Shown one piece after another: positions 49,851 to 63,992 of a stretch of DNA of 64,000 nt (position 1 is its first letter; each line of letters begins with the position of its first letter). The DNA comes from Azolla caroliniana (lineage: Eukaryota > Plantae > Polypodiophyta). Both the position numbers and the translations under genes were made by a program. Location: assembly GCA_043228905.1 (NCBI GenBank), contig JBHGNT010000001.1, forward strand, positions 21,266,001 through 21,330,000, written 5' to 3'. A model generated the notes under the pieces. It did not search any database. It saw only the letters and a list, made by a program, of their open reading frames with translations, and had not been told where the DNA came from.

Positions 49851-50228
49851 TGTTGAGAAACAAGCTCAACAAAAGCATATGATGCATATTGGTAAGTGAG
49901 CTCTCCTATAGTAGCTATTAGGAAATTAGCTACTAGTGGACATATAAGTAAAACAATTATTTAGCTACTCACAGCTATTTAGCTATTCACAACTAATTAG
50001 CTGCATATATAAGTCACTTATATACTTAGGTAAAAAGGTAATGAGAGAAGTTGTAAGAGAAGAAGAAAATTGATGAGAGAGATTTCTCTGTGTAATGAAA
50101 TAGAAGCTTTTGGTTTGGCTACAGAGGTAAGTCTCCTTCCCGCTTCCTTTTCTGTCTTGAGCACATTAAACGATCCAACACATCACAATCCGTTGTGCAC
50201 AAAGAAGAGTCTGAGCGCCTTCGTAACA
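49851..50228 (+). repeat. 3' LTR of F
   Basis: Direct repeat of the 5' LTR, followed by AGTAT. Confidence 0.92.
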
Positions 50229-50590
50229 AGTATTACATTATGCATACATGATACATGCACACAAATGGATACCAAACATAAGGCAAAAGAGCCTCAATAT
50301 TTGGGACAAAGCCAAAATGTGAGTCGGGACAACTGTGGCAAGTTGTGATGAGTCGGGACAATCATGATTAGACTTATTACGCATATGAACACGTGAATGG
50401 ACACCAAACAAAAGACAAAAATGCTTTTATATTGTTGTATGTTTTAGGGTTAGGGTAGAGGATGAGGATGAATAGTAATGGTGTAATAGTGAAAATGATG
50501 GAGAGTATAATGGTGAGAGAGATCAGGATTGAGAGTGATGGAGATGATTTAAGATTGCGAGATTGATGGGCAAAGATCATTGAGAAGCAT

Positions 50591-50677
50591 TGTGGAGTGG
50601 GGGGTGGTGCCTAGAATGGCTCCACCCCCCTCCCAAGGGGGGTTCAACGCTAAGGGGAGAGAGAGGAAGAGAGATGA

Positions 50678-50727
<50 letters not shown>

Positions 50728-50947
50728 CATTCCATTCATTCATTCCCCATGAGGGGTTAAATAGGTACAAAAAGGTAGATACACAAGGGTGCAAGCCCCT
50801 TGAGCATTCACACCTAGTCACTCACTCACACCTCTTTGTATCCACCACACTCACACTTACATTCACACTCATAATCGTATAAGATTACACATACATTACA
50901 TCTTTCACCCTCACTTATCAATCAGCCATACATCTTGTACAAAAACA
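50591..50947. repeat. Family-H LTR-like repeat containing (AG)n
   Basis: GCCTAGAATGGCTCCACCCCC.TCCCAAGGGG shared with 60046-60410; no TSD found. Confidence 0.65.
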
Positions 50948-51830
50948 TATATATTAAAAAGAGTGCCAATATTTGGGACAACCAAAATGTGAGTCATGAC
51001 GATTGTGACAAGATGGGACAAATTGAGATGAGTCAGGACAACTCCAAAATCCTTTGCAAGAGAGCACCAAGCATCCAACTTATGTTCTATATGTGGCCAT
51101 TGGAACTATTTGTTGTTTGGGACGGTCTGAATGCACCACACTTCTAGTCTACATGCGAAAGGTTCATGAACAAGAAGGAAACCCATAAGTAGACGCCCAA
51201 CTGGAAACCACAATGTTTGAAACAATCCTCCTTGCATGCCAACCCACTCCAAAAAGAAAGATCACATCTGTCATTGTGAGAGGCGAGACACTCAACCGCG
51301 ACCCAAACCATTGGCTGAAAGCCCACAAAGCCCAAGTCCACAACATCCACCTCTTCAGACATGAATTGGGAACACGCCCTAACAACCATTGATGCCATGT
51401 ACCCAATTAGTCTCGATGTTGTGATGAAGATGGCTAAACAATGTCTTATTCCAACCTCATGTTCTTAACTTCTACAACAGGGATCAGAGAAGAGGATGCA
51501 CTCAAGCCAAATCTCACCGAAGCTAAATGGCTCGTTGAAGTTTGAGGATAATGAAACATACAAAACTCACACAAACGTTGAACCAAGATTCCAACAATCA
51601 TCACTACACCCCCTCAAACCACGAACCTCTCACGTAGGCTTTTACACCATCAAGGGACCCACTTCGTTGTATGCCACCGACCACAATTAACAACTCACAT
51701 GCCAAGCACGACATGCAATGGTGTTGTGATATGGTATATGGTGAGCTCACAAGAGGAAACAAGTTAATTAGATGCATATAAAAGGTTAAATATACTACAA
51801 GGAGGTGAAATTAAATATAATAAAAATGCT

Positions 51831-51885
51831 TATCTCATTTGTTAAGAGCTTGACCTATGGGTAGACAAAGGGTTTGAGTCCTGTT
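51831..51885 (+). other. Degenerate tRNA-derived (SINE-like) segment similar to the D LTR cassette
   Basis: TAAGAGCTTGACCTATG versus TAAGAGCTCGACCCATG in D, then GGTTTGAGTCC (B-box-like). Confidence 0.4.
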
Positions 51886-53004
51886 TGGATTGTAGGAGAT
51901 CAAGTGGACATTAATAGGATGAATGAATAAAATGTAGATGGATGAACAGTATGTCAAGCAACAATTTGGAAGTCTTTGATTATGCTCAGTTCAGCTTTCA
52001 GAAAGGGAGTTGGACCAGTCCACAAATGGTATCAACACATGCGGAAATACAACAAACCACTAGAAATTCCAGGCTTCAGGATTTGCAGAACTCAAAATCA
52101 GTTTGCATTTTGAAGGTCAAAGCAAGGTATAGATCACTATGTTTCACTGTAGACTTATAATATATTTGTATGTCACATGCACTAGAAGGCAATACATATA
52201 TTGTTTGAACATTTCACCGGTACTCAATAATTAAAACAATCTTGATCCATGGTTAATATTCTCATAACGGTTAACTCTAGAAATCCTATGTACCTTGTGT
52301 CAGTAGGCTGACAACAGCATTGAGATCTACCTCTTCAATCAAATGCCATCACTTGATTAAATACAGTACATTTGAAATATAGCAAACAAATAAATACTTA
52401 TTTGCAGACCCAAAGAAATAAAAGACACCCCCCATAGCAGACAATTGGAACCTAAATCTTCACCCAAATGCCATAATTTTATTAAATACTGCACATTGAG
52501 ATATAGCAATTCAAACAGATACTTCATTTACAGACCCAAACAAATAAGGATATCTCGATAGCGAACAATTGAATCATGAACGCATTAGCCATTAGAATAA
52601 TTCTCCAGATGACGGTCTTAAGTTAGAGAGACTACATAACCAAAATTTCAGAAAATCATGGCCTAATGGGTTTTAATAAAAAGAGGTGATAAATGATGCC
52701 TCTAGGGTAGGGTAACCACAATCACGCAATAGCGTAACTACCCTCAGCTAGTCTATAAATTACAAAGGAAAAAAGTCCTGCATCACTATTTGGCTCAATA
52801 TACATCCTATATTAAGTAGAGTTACCAAAACTATACCCAAGATTCCATCTTTTCAAAACTATTGCCTGCAGAAAAAAGTAACACTCGCTTGCTTAAAAGT
52901 ACCATGATCCACACTGGAGTGAGAATAGAGATAACTATCAAAATCCAGTTGCATGAATCCAAATTCGTGTCAGCCACATAAATTAAATGTTGTTTTTATC
53001 TTTT

Positions 53005-56000
53005 TCATTCATCATCATCTTCCTCTACATCCTCGTCAGCACCGTTACCCTGCAAATCAATAGTCATAATCCAAGGCTCCCTTCAGTTAAATTTCAGATC
53101 ACTATAAAAACATAAGAATTTAGAATTCAACATGGCTATATAAGCAATTCATCATATAATTGATGGGGATTCCAATAAAACTTCACAATTTAGTAAATAA
53201 TCTGTAAGAAATTCAAAGTACACTAACGTGAGCACATTCAATTACCTGATCCTCATCCTCATCATCTTCACCGTCATCATCCTCAAACTCATCCTCATCA
53301 TCCTCCGCATCCTGACGCATAAAGTTTGATTATACATAACAACAGTGTTCCCAGTGCAAAAACTCAATGTCATAGAAACTTACATTATTGAAGTACTTAA
53401 GAGGATTTGGCCACAAATCCTCTTTTATTATATCTGCAACCTAATATAATTAAAAAAAAGTTCAATGAGTCTTATAGGAAAGCTCAGATAATGAAAGAAC
53501 AGATACAACCCCTATATAATGAAACCTCATCATGCACTCCATCAGAAGAGTCCTTTTGATCTGTGTCGCTAAACCACTTGAAAAAACTGCAAATGGTTAA
53601 TAAGATTGTGTCAGAATCTTCTGTTTATATGCCAACACATTGGCTAAATATTTTCATTTTCTATATCAAATTTGTGCCAAAGCCTCAACTTTAAGATGAT
53701 GTTTTCATCTTCAACACTAACCTTTCTTCTAAAAACGATCGTTTGTTCCCTTCTTTGGTGGCTACAGCTCCATTGGTAAAATCCTGCAGAAGTAGCAGAT
53801 AAGTTTTAAACAAAATGTACCCACATGCAAACATAGTATCCATGAATGTATCAGTTTCATCATTACAAAATAATGTATTTCTATTCACGTAAAGAAATAT
53901 TACCATGCCCTCCTTCCAACAAGGTTGAGTACCAGATATTGATGTTGTGCCATCATCAGAAAAGCGGAAAACCTTAGAAAGTTTGCTATCCTCAAAGTAG
54001 GGATTGGGACGAAATGTCTACATAAACAAAATAGCAAGGTTATAACAAGTTACATGAAAAAAGTGTACCAAATACTACCATTTATACAAGAAGGGAAAAA
54101 GCAGCAATTTACAAATGTAATGCTATAGCCAGATTTCACATCCTTGAAATCTTCAACATCCAATGATTGCAGATACTTAAAAACCTGCCCACAAATTCAC
54201 GGCAACCAAATAAGTTTACAATAATCTGGTTTGAAATACTGGGAAAAAAAGGATTGAAAATTACCTGCTGATCCTCTTCAGAAAGGAGTTCACATAAAGC
54301 AGGATGGCTCAGGAACTAGCAGAAACAGGAAAACGAAACCAACAACAGTATAAACATGAGACATTATTCTTCCACATGAACCATGCAACAAAGATTACAA
54401 CAAAGACAAGACAAGTAATCGCATGACTCTGGAATAGACAAGACTGTACCAGTTTAAGTGGATAAGATGCAGAGAAAAACACAGGGACTATTTATCGCCA
54501 AATAGCTATTTTTAAGGGATTTATAATGGCCATGTTTGGAATCGTCGCCCAAGTGTACAGTAAAACAAGTGATTCCAATTAATATTAGCCGTGAATTGTT
54601 GAAAGATTAGCCCAATTTTCTATGGTTTTGAGGATAAGGATTACCTAAAAATTCACCCCATCATCCATTTATACTTTTAGCAAGTATATGAGATGTCTTA
54701 CTGTGTAAAACATCAATATTATGAAATTACTTAATCATAACAAATTATCTTGAATGCTTACAGCAGTTAACCAAAAATCAGCAATTCCCTGGATGACATC
54801 ATTCCTTTTCTGATATATGGGCCGCCTCACTTCATTATACTTCTGCTCAACTTCAAGCACCTTGTCGCTGGCTTCTTCATTCACCTGTTATGGAAGCAAA
54901 CACGATACACGATGCAAAAAGAAATACTTTAAATATCATTCAAACACGCAACATTACCACCATGAAGATATCTTTTCCTGCCAAATGGTTAAGAGAACGT
55001 AGAACCATGATATTGAACTTGTTATTTAGTCCAACACTGTTAAACTGAATAATATTCTTCATAAAGGGTCTCAATGTAATGTAAACCCGAAATTGCAACA
55101 AAAAGAAGCACGGGCAAAAGAACAGCCATCCAAACATTGGAAAAGAGAAACAGTTTATTTTTATGGATTCCCTTTAATTTGGGTCTTACCAAGCGACTCC
55201 AAGGGAAACATCAATATAAAGAAAATTGAAAATAAAAATGATAAATAAAAAGATTACATTTCTCAAATTTATCTTTAAATGAGTAGAATCTTAGAAAAAA
55301 ACATGTTTTCCGTTTATACACACATTAACAGCTATAGAATATTGGAAGAAACCTCAAAGCTTATGCATTGTTTTACCTGTACAGAAGCAAAAATCCAAAC
55401 GGGAACATCAACCAAAAGAAAGAAAAAGTAGCATATTTTCTGTGTGGTCCCTCTTATGTGAAAGCAAACGCAAGACAACAAGAGAACTGAGCTTTCTTCA
55501 ATTCTTCTTGTTAAATGCAAAGGCTAGGAGAAAATAACTTAAGCTTTATCCAGTTTTTCTTCTTGTACAGGTGGAAAAACCAGAGAAAAAGATGAAAAAA
55601 TGACTAGTAAAAAAACACGCTTCTTGCAATTCGTCTTAGACAGAAACAAGGAAAGCAAAACATAAATTTAAGGAGGAAAAGGACTAAACTTACAAAGACA
55701 ACAGAAACAGTTAACGGGTTACTGTCTCTAATGGTTTTGCACAGAACAAAGTGAGATAAAGGAAGGCTAAGAAGGATAGAACATTTTCCTAGTCTAAGTC
55801 ACCTTCTACAAAAGAGAAATAAAAATAAGACGAATAAGAGAACAACAATCCTTAGAAACGAAGATAAAATGTCATAATTTCCTTCTTACTATACGGAAAA
55901 GAAAAGGCAAGTAAAAGACATAGTCCTTCCTTCCTAGTTCCTTCGTACTAAAGAGTGAGTTGCGACGGGAATTAAAAAGAGGCATTTCTACTGATTCTCT

Positions 56001-56407
56001 TTTATTATATATACGGAAGAAAGTCCAGAAAACTTGTTATTCTGATTCCCCTTATTATGCGGATGCATAGGCGAGAGAAACACGCGGTTTCCATCGATTA
56101 CATTTTTATTGCACATCAGCAAAGACCCGTCGAGAGAGAAGGAACAATAAGAAAGAAATACAGAAAGGAAAGGAAAGGAACGCAGACAGACAAGAAGACA
56201 CTTTCTCCTAATTCTTCGAATTATACAGGTCTAGAGCCAAACGCAAGAAAAGAGTGAATGGCAGGAACGAGAATGGAAGAGACTCACTTTCTCTAATTCG
56301 TCTTGGACATCTTGCAACTTCTGGATGGAGAGGACGAGTTCTGTGTCGAGTAGCTCTGATCCTTCTTCTTCCTGTTCAACCTTGGCTTTCTTTCCTTTGT
56401 CAGCCAT
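53005..56407 (-). CDS. NRP: NAP1-related protein (SET/TAF-I-type histone chaperone), 256 aa, 10 exons
   Basis: Exons: 56288-56407, 54762-54884, 54265-54315, 54113-54184, 53904-54017, 53722-53783, 53526-53586, 53384-53440, 53246-53311, 53005-53049 (771 nt, all GT-AG). Motifs [70 protein letters not shown]; acidic tail. Confidence 0.95.
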
Positions 56408-58398
56408 GGCGGGGAGATCCTCTGTAGACTGTCACTCTCCCTCACACTCAAACCCCCCCCCACCCTCCTCCCTGTGACAGAATCTGAGATGGGAAGGAAA
56501 AGAGAGAGAACCAAAGATTGATGTACTAAATAAACCCTAACAAACAAACAAACACACACACACACACACAGAGTGAGTGAGTAAGGGAGGGAGGGAGGAT
56601 AAAAAGAACACAAACATTTTAATATTTCCTTCTTACATATACATACATACATATATCAATATGATATATGTATGTAATTTACATGTATTATTTGGTGATG
56701 AATCATGATGGTAATTGTTGTTTTATTCTTTTTGTTTTGACAGGGCTACTATGTACATATACATATTTATTCGTCTTATCTTCGGAAGCTCAAGTTGTAG
56801 TAGTGAGACACTAGATAGAGTAGAGTGTCTTTGCCTCGGAGACCATCTGTCAATTGATCAGCTCCTCATATTTTCATTCATTCATTCATTAACTTACTTA
56901 CTCACTTGGTCTCCTCATTCATGCATGAGTACATATCATGACTACGTGTACAACCTTCTGAAACTAAGGTCGCCATATCGTATTATAACCTACTTCACCT
57001 TCCTCACCATACCCAAGGAAGGTGTCCGTTCTAGACTTACCATCAAGTTTATTCCTAAACATCTAATGTCTAATAAGCACCCCCTTTCCTTTCCTTTCCT
57101 ACGTATCATTCTCTCTCGCTAACAGTGATGAGGTGACTTCTTAGACCATTCCCTTGTTTTGCAGATTCTTTGAGTTGGAAGAGGCCTTTGGTGAGTTAGC
57201 TTGAGTTTGTTGGTTGTTGCGGAGCTTTGTGGTTTTCGCATGAGGTTGGTGGTTGCAGAGCTTTGTGGTGTTTTGTTGGCAGTTGCCAGTAGAAGGCTAC
57301 ATTTCTCCTTATGTGTGGAAACGGTCTTCATGATGAATCGGTTCATTGGTATTGGTTGGTTCTAACATCCCCAGCAAGCAAGCAAGTGTTTTACCTCTAC
57401 CACCTTGGGGTGGGAACCTTGACTTGTTTAGTTTTGAAACCTTCCCATGCTTAGGGTTAGCATATGGCAAATTTCACCTTTGAGGTTGTCAGAGCAGTAT
57501 CTATCGATTTTGGAGAAAGGAGAGGCGATTGTTTCTCTCTCTCAACTAAAAACAATGTGTAGTGATCCTGATATCATTAACACAAAACAGAAGTGGTTCT
57601 TAAATTGATCACACAACATTACGTGAACGGTCAAAGATGCGCAAATAATCATGTGAGACTAGTTTGCCAAACCAAACCTCTTCAAGGATGCCACCTTTCA
57701 ACATTGTATGAGGGGATCTATTGCATATATATATTGTAATGTTATTACCCTCTCCCCGAAAGTTGTGAGGGAGATTTAGTTGTAGACAACATGCATCTCA
57801 CCCTCTCACATAGTGCCCTATTTCATCTTTCAACCAAGCCACTAGAAGAGGGGTTGTTACCTCCCTCTTCATACCATTTAAATCACAAGAACTTCTATGT
57901 TCAATGCATGCCCATTTGTTTCTACATAAGCATTTTGGCTTTTTATGTGTTTGGACAATCACAAAGCATGAAAAGACTTATAATGCAACAAAGGGTTCAT
58001 TTTTTTGTTTAAAAAAAACCCAAAGTTCTCATTGAACAATTCTTTAGACAAAAGATATCAAATAAAAAACATGCTACAAACATCAAAATGCACAAAATCC
58101 AAAAGATTTTGTTTGCAACAAACATAGTAGGAATTTCTCAATTGTTTTCCATAGTGACAATTATATACCAAATCACCAAATTGCCTTTCTCTTTGCCCTT
58201 GATGTTATTTGCATTGCCATAATTTCTCTTATGTGTCTTTCTCCTTGTGATTGGCATCCTTCCCATATCTAAATTCTTCCTTAAAGTATTTATACTCAAG
58301 CTTTTGGTGGCATGTAACATCATACTTGCATTTGCTCTTGCTCTTGTTTCTTCATTTTGCATTAGGTTTTGTGCTGGTTCTTCCACAAACAATATTAG

Positions 58399-58825
58399 TG
58401 TTGAGTGGACAAGCTCAACCTGATCCGGATCGGTTGAATAAGCCGAAGACGAATCGGTATCCGAAACGGAGAACCGGATAGGTATCCGGATCGGAGAGAC
58501 AGATCAGATTGTAACTAGTAGGCCATTAGAGGCCTACAATCTTAGCCTGGTATGTAGGCATATTCCTTGGAGTTAGTGTCAATCGGGCATTGAAGTACTT
58601 GTCAATACTTCTGCCAGTCGTTTTAAGGACTTGTATAAAAAAGTGTTCTGTAGGACTTTTGTATGTACATAGTGATATTTTGAAATTGCATTTATGTTGT
58701 TCTGCTCTCTTTGTCTCTCGTGTGTACTATGTATTCTCAAGCTTCCATTAAACCTTCATTTCTGTTTACTGTTATTATCCGGCCAAGCCGGTTTGTCTAC
58801 AAGCTTCCACACACAATTCTTTGCA
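58399..58825 (+). repeat. 5' LTR of G
   Basis: TGTTGAG...TTTGCA directly before the PBS. Confidence 0.85.
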
Positions 58826-60045
58826 TGGTATTAGAGCGCGAGGGTTGAGAACCTCTGTTGCCGACAACTAATATTGTCGGCAGCAATAAAGAACATAGAG
58901 AGAAGAAAGATATGGACAAAAGCATGGCGAGCTCGCTTCCTACAGAAAAGCTCGACCGGAACAACTATGCATCCATGGCTTGGAAGTTGCAGCTTCGACA
59001 AGAGCTCAACAGTATCCAACTACAGGACATGTCGGTTATTGACTACACCACCAAGATCAAGGAGATCTGCGACGCACTCAGGTGCATCAACGTGACGGTG
59101 GACGAAGACGAGATGGTTCAGATCTGTCTCGGTGGTCTAGCACAACAGTACAGGTCAATCCGGACGACGATTTGCACCCGGGAGAAGCCTTCGTCCTTCT
59201 TCGATCTGCAATCAATGATAATGGTCGAAGAAAACCACATGAGTGGATCAAGGATCACTCAATCAGACAACCAGATGTTGTACACAGAGGCAGATCGGCC
59301 TCGTGGGCGTGGAGGACGAGGTGGATCGACACGCAATAGTAGTGGCCAACAAGAGCAGAACTGAAGGCACATAGATAGTGCTCACAGCAATTATGGACCC
59401 TCCACAAGTAGGGGGGGTCAAAGTGGCGCCGAAAACCGGCAAGGGAAGGCTGACACGAAATGCGGGTATTGTGGCAAGAAAGGCCATCGGGAGAGCGAGT
59501 GCTGGAAGAAGCGCACCGATTCGGATAAATCCGAATTAGACAAGGTTGGACAAGGGAACCAACGAAGCTCGCACTACCTGAGGGATCGGAAGGATCCGGA
59601 ACCAGAAAGACCGGAAAAGGGCCAGCCTTTGTGATGAAACACAAGGCAAACTCGATGAAGAAGACCACTTCCACATTGGAGGAAGTGTGGTACGTTGACT
59701 CCGGAGCGTCTAACCACATGACAAGCCACGAAGAGTGGTTCTCATATCTTGAAAAACTGGAGCAACCAGGAGTTGTTGAAACCGGAGACGACACTCCTCA
59801 CCCGATTGAGCATGTCAGAGAAGTCCCTTTATGCCATGTCGGACAAAAGGGCAAGCTAGTGAATGTTTTACATGTTCCAACAATCACGAAGAACCTGGTG
59901 TCGGTCGGACAAATCGTCAACCAGGGGATGCAAGTGCGGTTTACGCACCTCAAGTGCTTCATCGAGGAAGAGGGCCAGATCATTGCGCAAGGGCGCCGAG
60001 ACGAGAGGATGTTTATCCTCAACACCAATGACGTTGGCATCGCTC

Positions 60046-60410
60046 TGTTGTTGGGGTGAGGGTGAAGCCTAGAATGGCTCCACCCCCCTCCCAAGGGGAG
60101 ATTACGTGTGAGGGAGAGAATGAAAAACAAATAAGGAACGACACCAAAATGAGAGGGGGAAAAGCTATCTTACATTATGCCCCATGGGTGGGGTTTATAT
60201 AGTACAAGAGGTAACCGTTACAAATAAAGAATGAGACAAGTAGGGAGTTACATTACTTACCCACTTTCTCACCTTTGTACACATGCACACAAATGTGCAT
60301 GTGTTCATACACATACTCATCCTCATACACTCATTCATATTACACATACACATCAACCACATTATAGTGTTCCACCCCTTATAGCTCCCCGTATATTCTT
60401 ACGGGTAACA
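60046..60410. mobile_element. Solo LTR (family H) inside copia G
   Basis: TGTTG...TAACA; TSD CGCTC/CACTC; copia sequence rejoins across it. Confidence 0.85.
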
Positions 60411-63078
60411 CACTCTATTCCCGAAAGGACAAAGTCGAGTTAGACATCGAATTATGGCATAAGCGGATCAGCCACATCAACTACCAGAGGCTTCAAGATC
60501 TGCAATCGAAATAGTGGTTTTTGGATTGCCGAAATTTAGTGGCCAGAAGGCCCGAATTTGTGAAGCTTGCCGTATGTTCCCCATCGAAAGAAACCAGAGC
60601 CGTAACAAGCTCGACTTGATACACTCGGATGTATGGGGACCGACACAGAACGTTAGTCTTTTCGGGAGTCGATATTTCGTCTCCTTCATCGATGATTATA
60701 GCCGGCACATGTGAATCTATCTCATTGAGAAGAAAAGCGAGGTCTTCGATTGTTTCCGAAACCTGCAAAGCCTTGTTGAATGGGAAATGGAGAGGAAGAT
60801 CAAGTGCCTGCAGTCGGATGGCGGAAAAGAGTATTTTTCAAACTAATTCAATAGTTATTTGCAGCAGAAAGGAATGACTGACACACACCGGAACAAAATG
60901 GTGTGGCTGAAAGGAAGAACCAGTCGGTCGTTAAGGTGGTACAAGCAATGTTGGAAGAAAAGAGCATGCACAAGTTCTACTGGGATGAAGCGGTCCGAAC
61001 GACTGTCTACATTCAAAACCGGATCGGGGAGAAGGTGTTAGCACATGAACTGTATTTCGGGCGGAAGCTGAACTTACGACACCTCAGGGTATTCGGTAGT
61101 ATTGCCTATGTGCATGTGCCGGATGAGAAGCGCAGAAAGCTGGGCCCGAAGTTGGAGAAGTGTATCCTTGTTGGCTACTCACATGAGCAAAAGGGTTATA
61201 AGTGTTATTACCCCCAAACAAAACAAGTTCGAGTGAGCCGAGATGTCAAATTTGATGAGTCGGCATCATGGTACTCTCTCCCGACTCCGACCCAATTCTG
61301 GAGGATGAGGCTAGTGAGCCCGAAACGATTCGGGCAGAAGATCAAGAAGGATTTGGTACTATGGACGAGAGTCCGATCTCATTCCGGCTAAGTGGGCTGA
61401 ATGAGCGATTGAACCGGAATGACCAGTCAGATGAAGAGACTCGACCGTGCTCTCCCCATGCAAGGAACCGAGGAGATGGTTCACGCTCAAAGAAAAAGGG
61501 AAGAAGAAGATGCCAGAATATGACACCGGTAGGGAAGAGTTGGATTAGAGCAAATCCGACTCCAGAGAGAAAGAAAGTGGACCTTTGCAGACGAAGTCTG
61601 AGCTAGCCAAGAAGGCCTAAAATTCAGCTAACGAGAAAATACGTCAATCGACTCGCCATAAGAGCCCCGTAAAACGACATGGGTATAATGAGTACATGGC
61701 GCATCACTATGCATACATGACAAAAGTGGCGGAAGTGCGTGAGCCGGAAAGCAACGCAGAAGCGGCAAGGGACGCACATTGGCGTACCGCTATGGAGGAA
61801 GAGATGCGGGCACTTGATGCCAACAACACATGGGACCTGGTTGATCCTCCCCGACATTGCAAACTAATCGGTTACAAGTGGGTGTACAAAGTAAAGTACA
61901 ATGCTAACGGTTCGGTCAACCGGTACAAGGCCCGATTAATGGCCAAAGGATATGTGCAGACCCACGTATTCGACTACAACGAGATCTTCACTTCAGTAGC
62001 GAAGATGATGACGGTTCGTGTGGTGCTAGCGGTTGCTGCAGCAAGGGGGTGGCATCTTCACAAAATGGACGTGAAGAATGCATTTCTTCAAGGTGATCTT
62101 AACGAATAGGTCTACATGATCCAACCCCCCGGATTTCAGTTAGAGATGAACAAGTCAGCAGACTGTTGGCTCAAGAAGTCGCTTTATGGCTTGAAGCAAG
62201 CCCCCCGCGCTTCGAATTCGAAAATCATGCACCGGTTGCGTAATGTGGGGTTTGTGGCCTCGAAGTCAGACTCTTTGTTGTTCATCCGGAAAGGTTTGGA
62301 AGGTCTGGTATGTATCTTGTTATACGTGGACGATTTGGTCATCACCGGACCCGACCTTGCTGAAATCGACCGAGTGAAGTCCCAATTGTCAGACACATTC
62401 GAAATGAAGGACCTGTGGGACTTTCATTACTTCCTCGGGATCAAAGTGATCCATACCCCCGACGGCATATTGCTCTCACAATGACACTATGTGCTGAATA
62501 TGATGTTCAAGTTCGGCATGACCGATTGCCGACCAATCTCCACATCCCTAGACCGGAACCTGAAGCTTCGTCCCGACTCCGGATCGGTTTGCAACGATAA
62601 ACGGTTTGTCAGAAGCCTCATTTACCTTACTATCACCCGACCTGACATTAGTTATCTGGTCGGGATGATCAGTTAGTTTATGCAAAAACCGACCATGGAG
62701 CACGTTCAGTGAGTGCACCGACTATTGAGGTATGTTAGCGGCACTAAGGACCGAAGACTATTATACCGATACAGTATAACCGAAAAGCTAGTCGGTTATA
62801 TAGATGCCAATTGGGCCTGCGATGTGTCTGCTCGACGGTCAACTTTCGGTTATATGTTCTCTCTAGGTAGCGTGACTGTTGCATGGAGCAGCAAAAAGCA
62901 ACCGAATGTGGCTCTATTGAGCATTGAGGTTGAGTATTGGGATGCTACCGTCGCCACCTGTGAAGCCATCTAGCTTTGGCGGTTGTTGCAAGACCTCTGG
63001 ATCGAAATACCGACTCCCATCCCAATCTACTGTGACAACATAAGTAGAATGCAGCTGGCCAAGAACCCTGTGTTCCAT

Positions 63079-63690
63079 GGTTATCCTGGGCTAGACTAGC
63101 CACAAACACAGGGTGTCCTTCCGGATCACTTCACCAAAGGGGTGGTAATCCGATTGTTTCCGGATCGGTTCCGGATTCGCCATATAATAATGATTGATTA
63201 ACACGTGTAAGATATACCAATTAAGCACAAACAATAAGTAGACAAGATACACAATACTCAAATCCAAAAACAAACTTATATTACTTCCGTCGTTCATCAC
63301 ATTGATTCACGGATCCTTTTATAGGTCTCTGGTTTGAAGTACAAAATGGTGCCATATCGGCAATTGGCTATGAATCGGTCCGGATCCAGATCAGTGCAAC
63401 TATTCCAGATCTGTTTGTTATTAATCTAAATATATAATCCAACTCCAGCTTGTCCCTTTCCACATTTGTCCTCCGAACCATACTCTGGCCAACACATGGC
63501 ACGCTTGTGGGACAGTGGCTTGCACGTCGAGCCTACGGGTTAGCTATGTTACTCCTCATTTAGTATGTCCAAAATGCTCTAATCCAAGGGTTCGAGTGGT
63601 TCATCCCTATGTTGCTACTGCTCCCGTTGCTCTCTGGCTACTTCCGGTTGCTGTTGTTCTTGTCCTACTCTAGCTCTGGCGTTGTCGTGA
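63079..63690 (-). mobile_element. Fragment J of the A/C gypsy group: 3' LTR (63079-63494), hairpin/CCA motif (63497-63536), extra-ORF C-terminus
   Basis: CCCTTTGGTGAAGTG..GACACCCTGTGTT shared with the A LTR; minus strand reads EPLEPLD*SILDILNEE*. Confidence 0.85.
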
Positions 63691-63920
63691 TGTGGCGTGC
63701 TCGAGTGTGGGGAAAACCTGCAAAAGGGGGGGTCAAAATGTGCATGTGCAAAGTGTGTGCACACAAAGGCAATTAATTGTGCATATGCAAAAGAAAAAGG
63801 AAAAGAAAGGGTGGAAAGGAGGTATAGAAGCCTGTGTAAAAAGCAAGAGAGAGGAGAGATAAAAAGTAGAGAGGAGGCAGGCTATGAATTAGTAGATATA
63901 GAATTATATATTATAGAAGA

Positions 63921-63992
63921 GAGAGTTAATGGACTAGTGGATAGTCACATTGACTTCTAGCTAGAGGTGCACGGTTCAAATCCGGTCTTACA
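63921..63992 (+). pseudogene. tRNA-derived sequence (Arg-TCT-like), not a functional tRNA
   Basis: A box TGGACTAGTGG, loop CTTCTAG, B box GGTTCAAATCC; anticodon and acceptor stems degenerate. Confidence 0.5.

Larger units (their letters stand above)
44930..50228 (+). mobile_element. Full-length degenerate Ty1/copia F (AT-rich)
   Basis: LTRs 44930-45362 and 49851-50228; TSD AGTAT; PBS TGGTATCAGAGC (tRNA-iMet) 45363-45374; PPT GAGGGGAAG. Confidence 0.95.
58399..63078 (+). mobile_element. Degenerate Ty1/copia G (related to E), interrupted by J within RNase H
   Basis: 5' LTR 58399-58825; PBS TGGTATTAGAGC 58826-58837; gag (internally deleted), PR, INT, RT, RH fragments. Confidence 0.92.

Noticed and set aside
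50297-51045. Direct repeats ATATTTGGGACAA..CCAAAATGTGAGTC around the H-like LTR as TSD/TIR
   Set aside because: Far from the LTR ends and imperfect; probably subrepeats of an unidentified older element
57119-57346. Small ORF with a repeated PQSSATTN
   Set aside because: Low-complexity local duplication with no gene evidence
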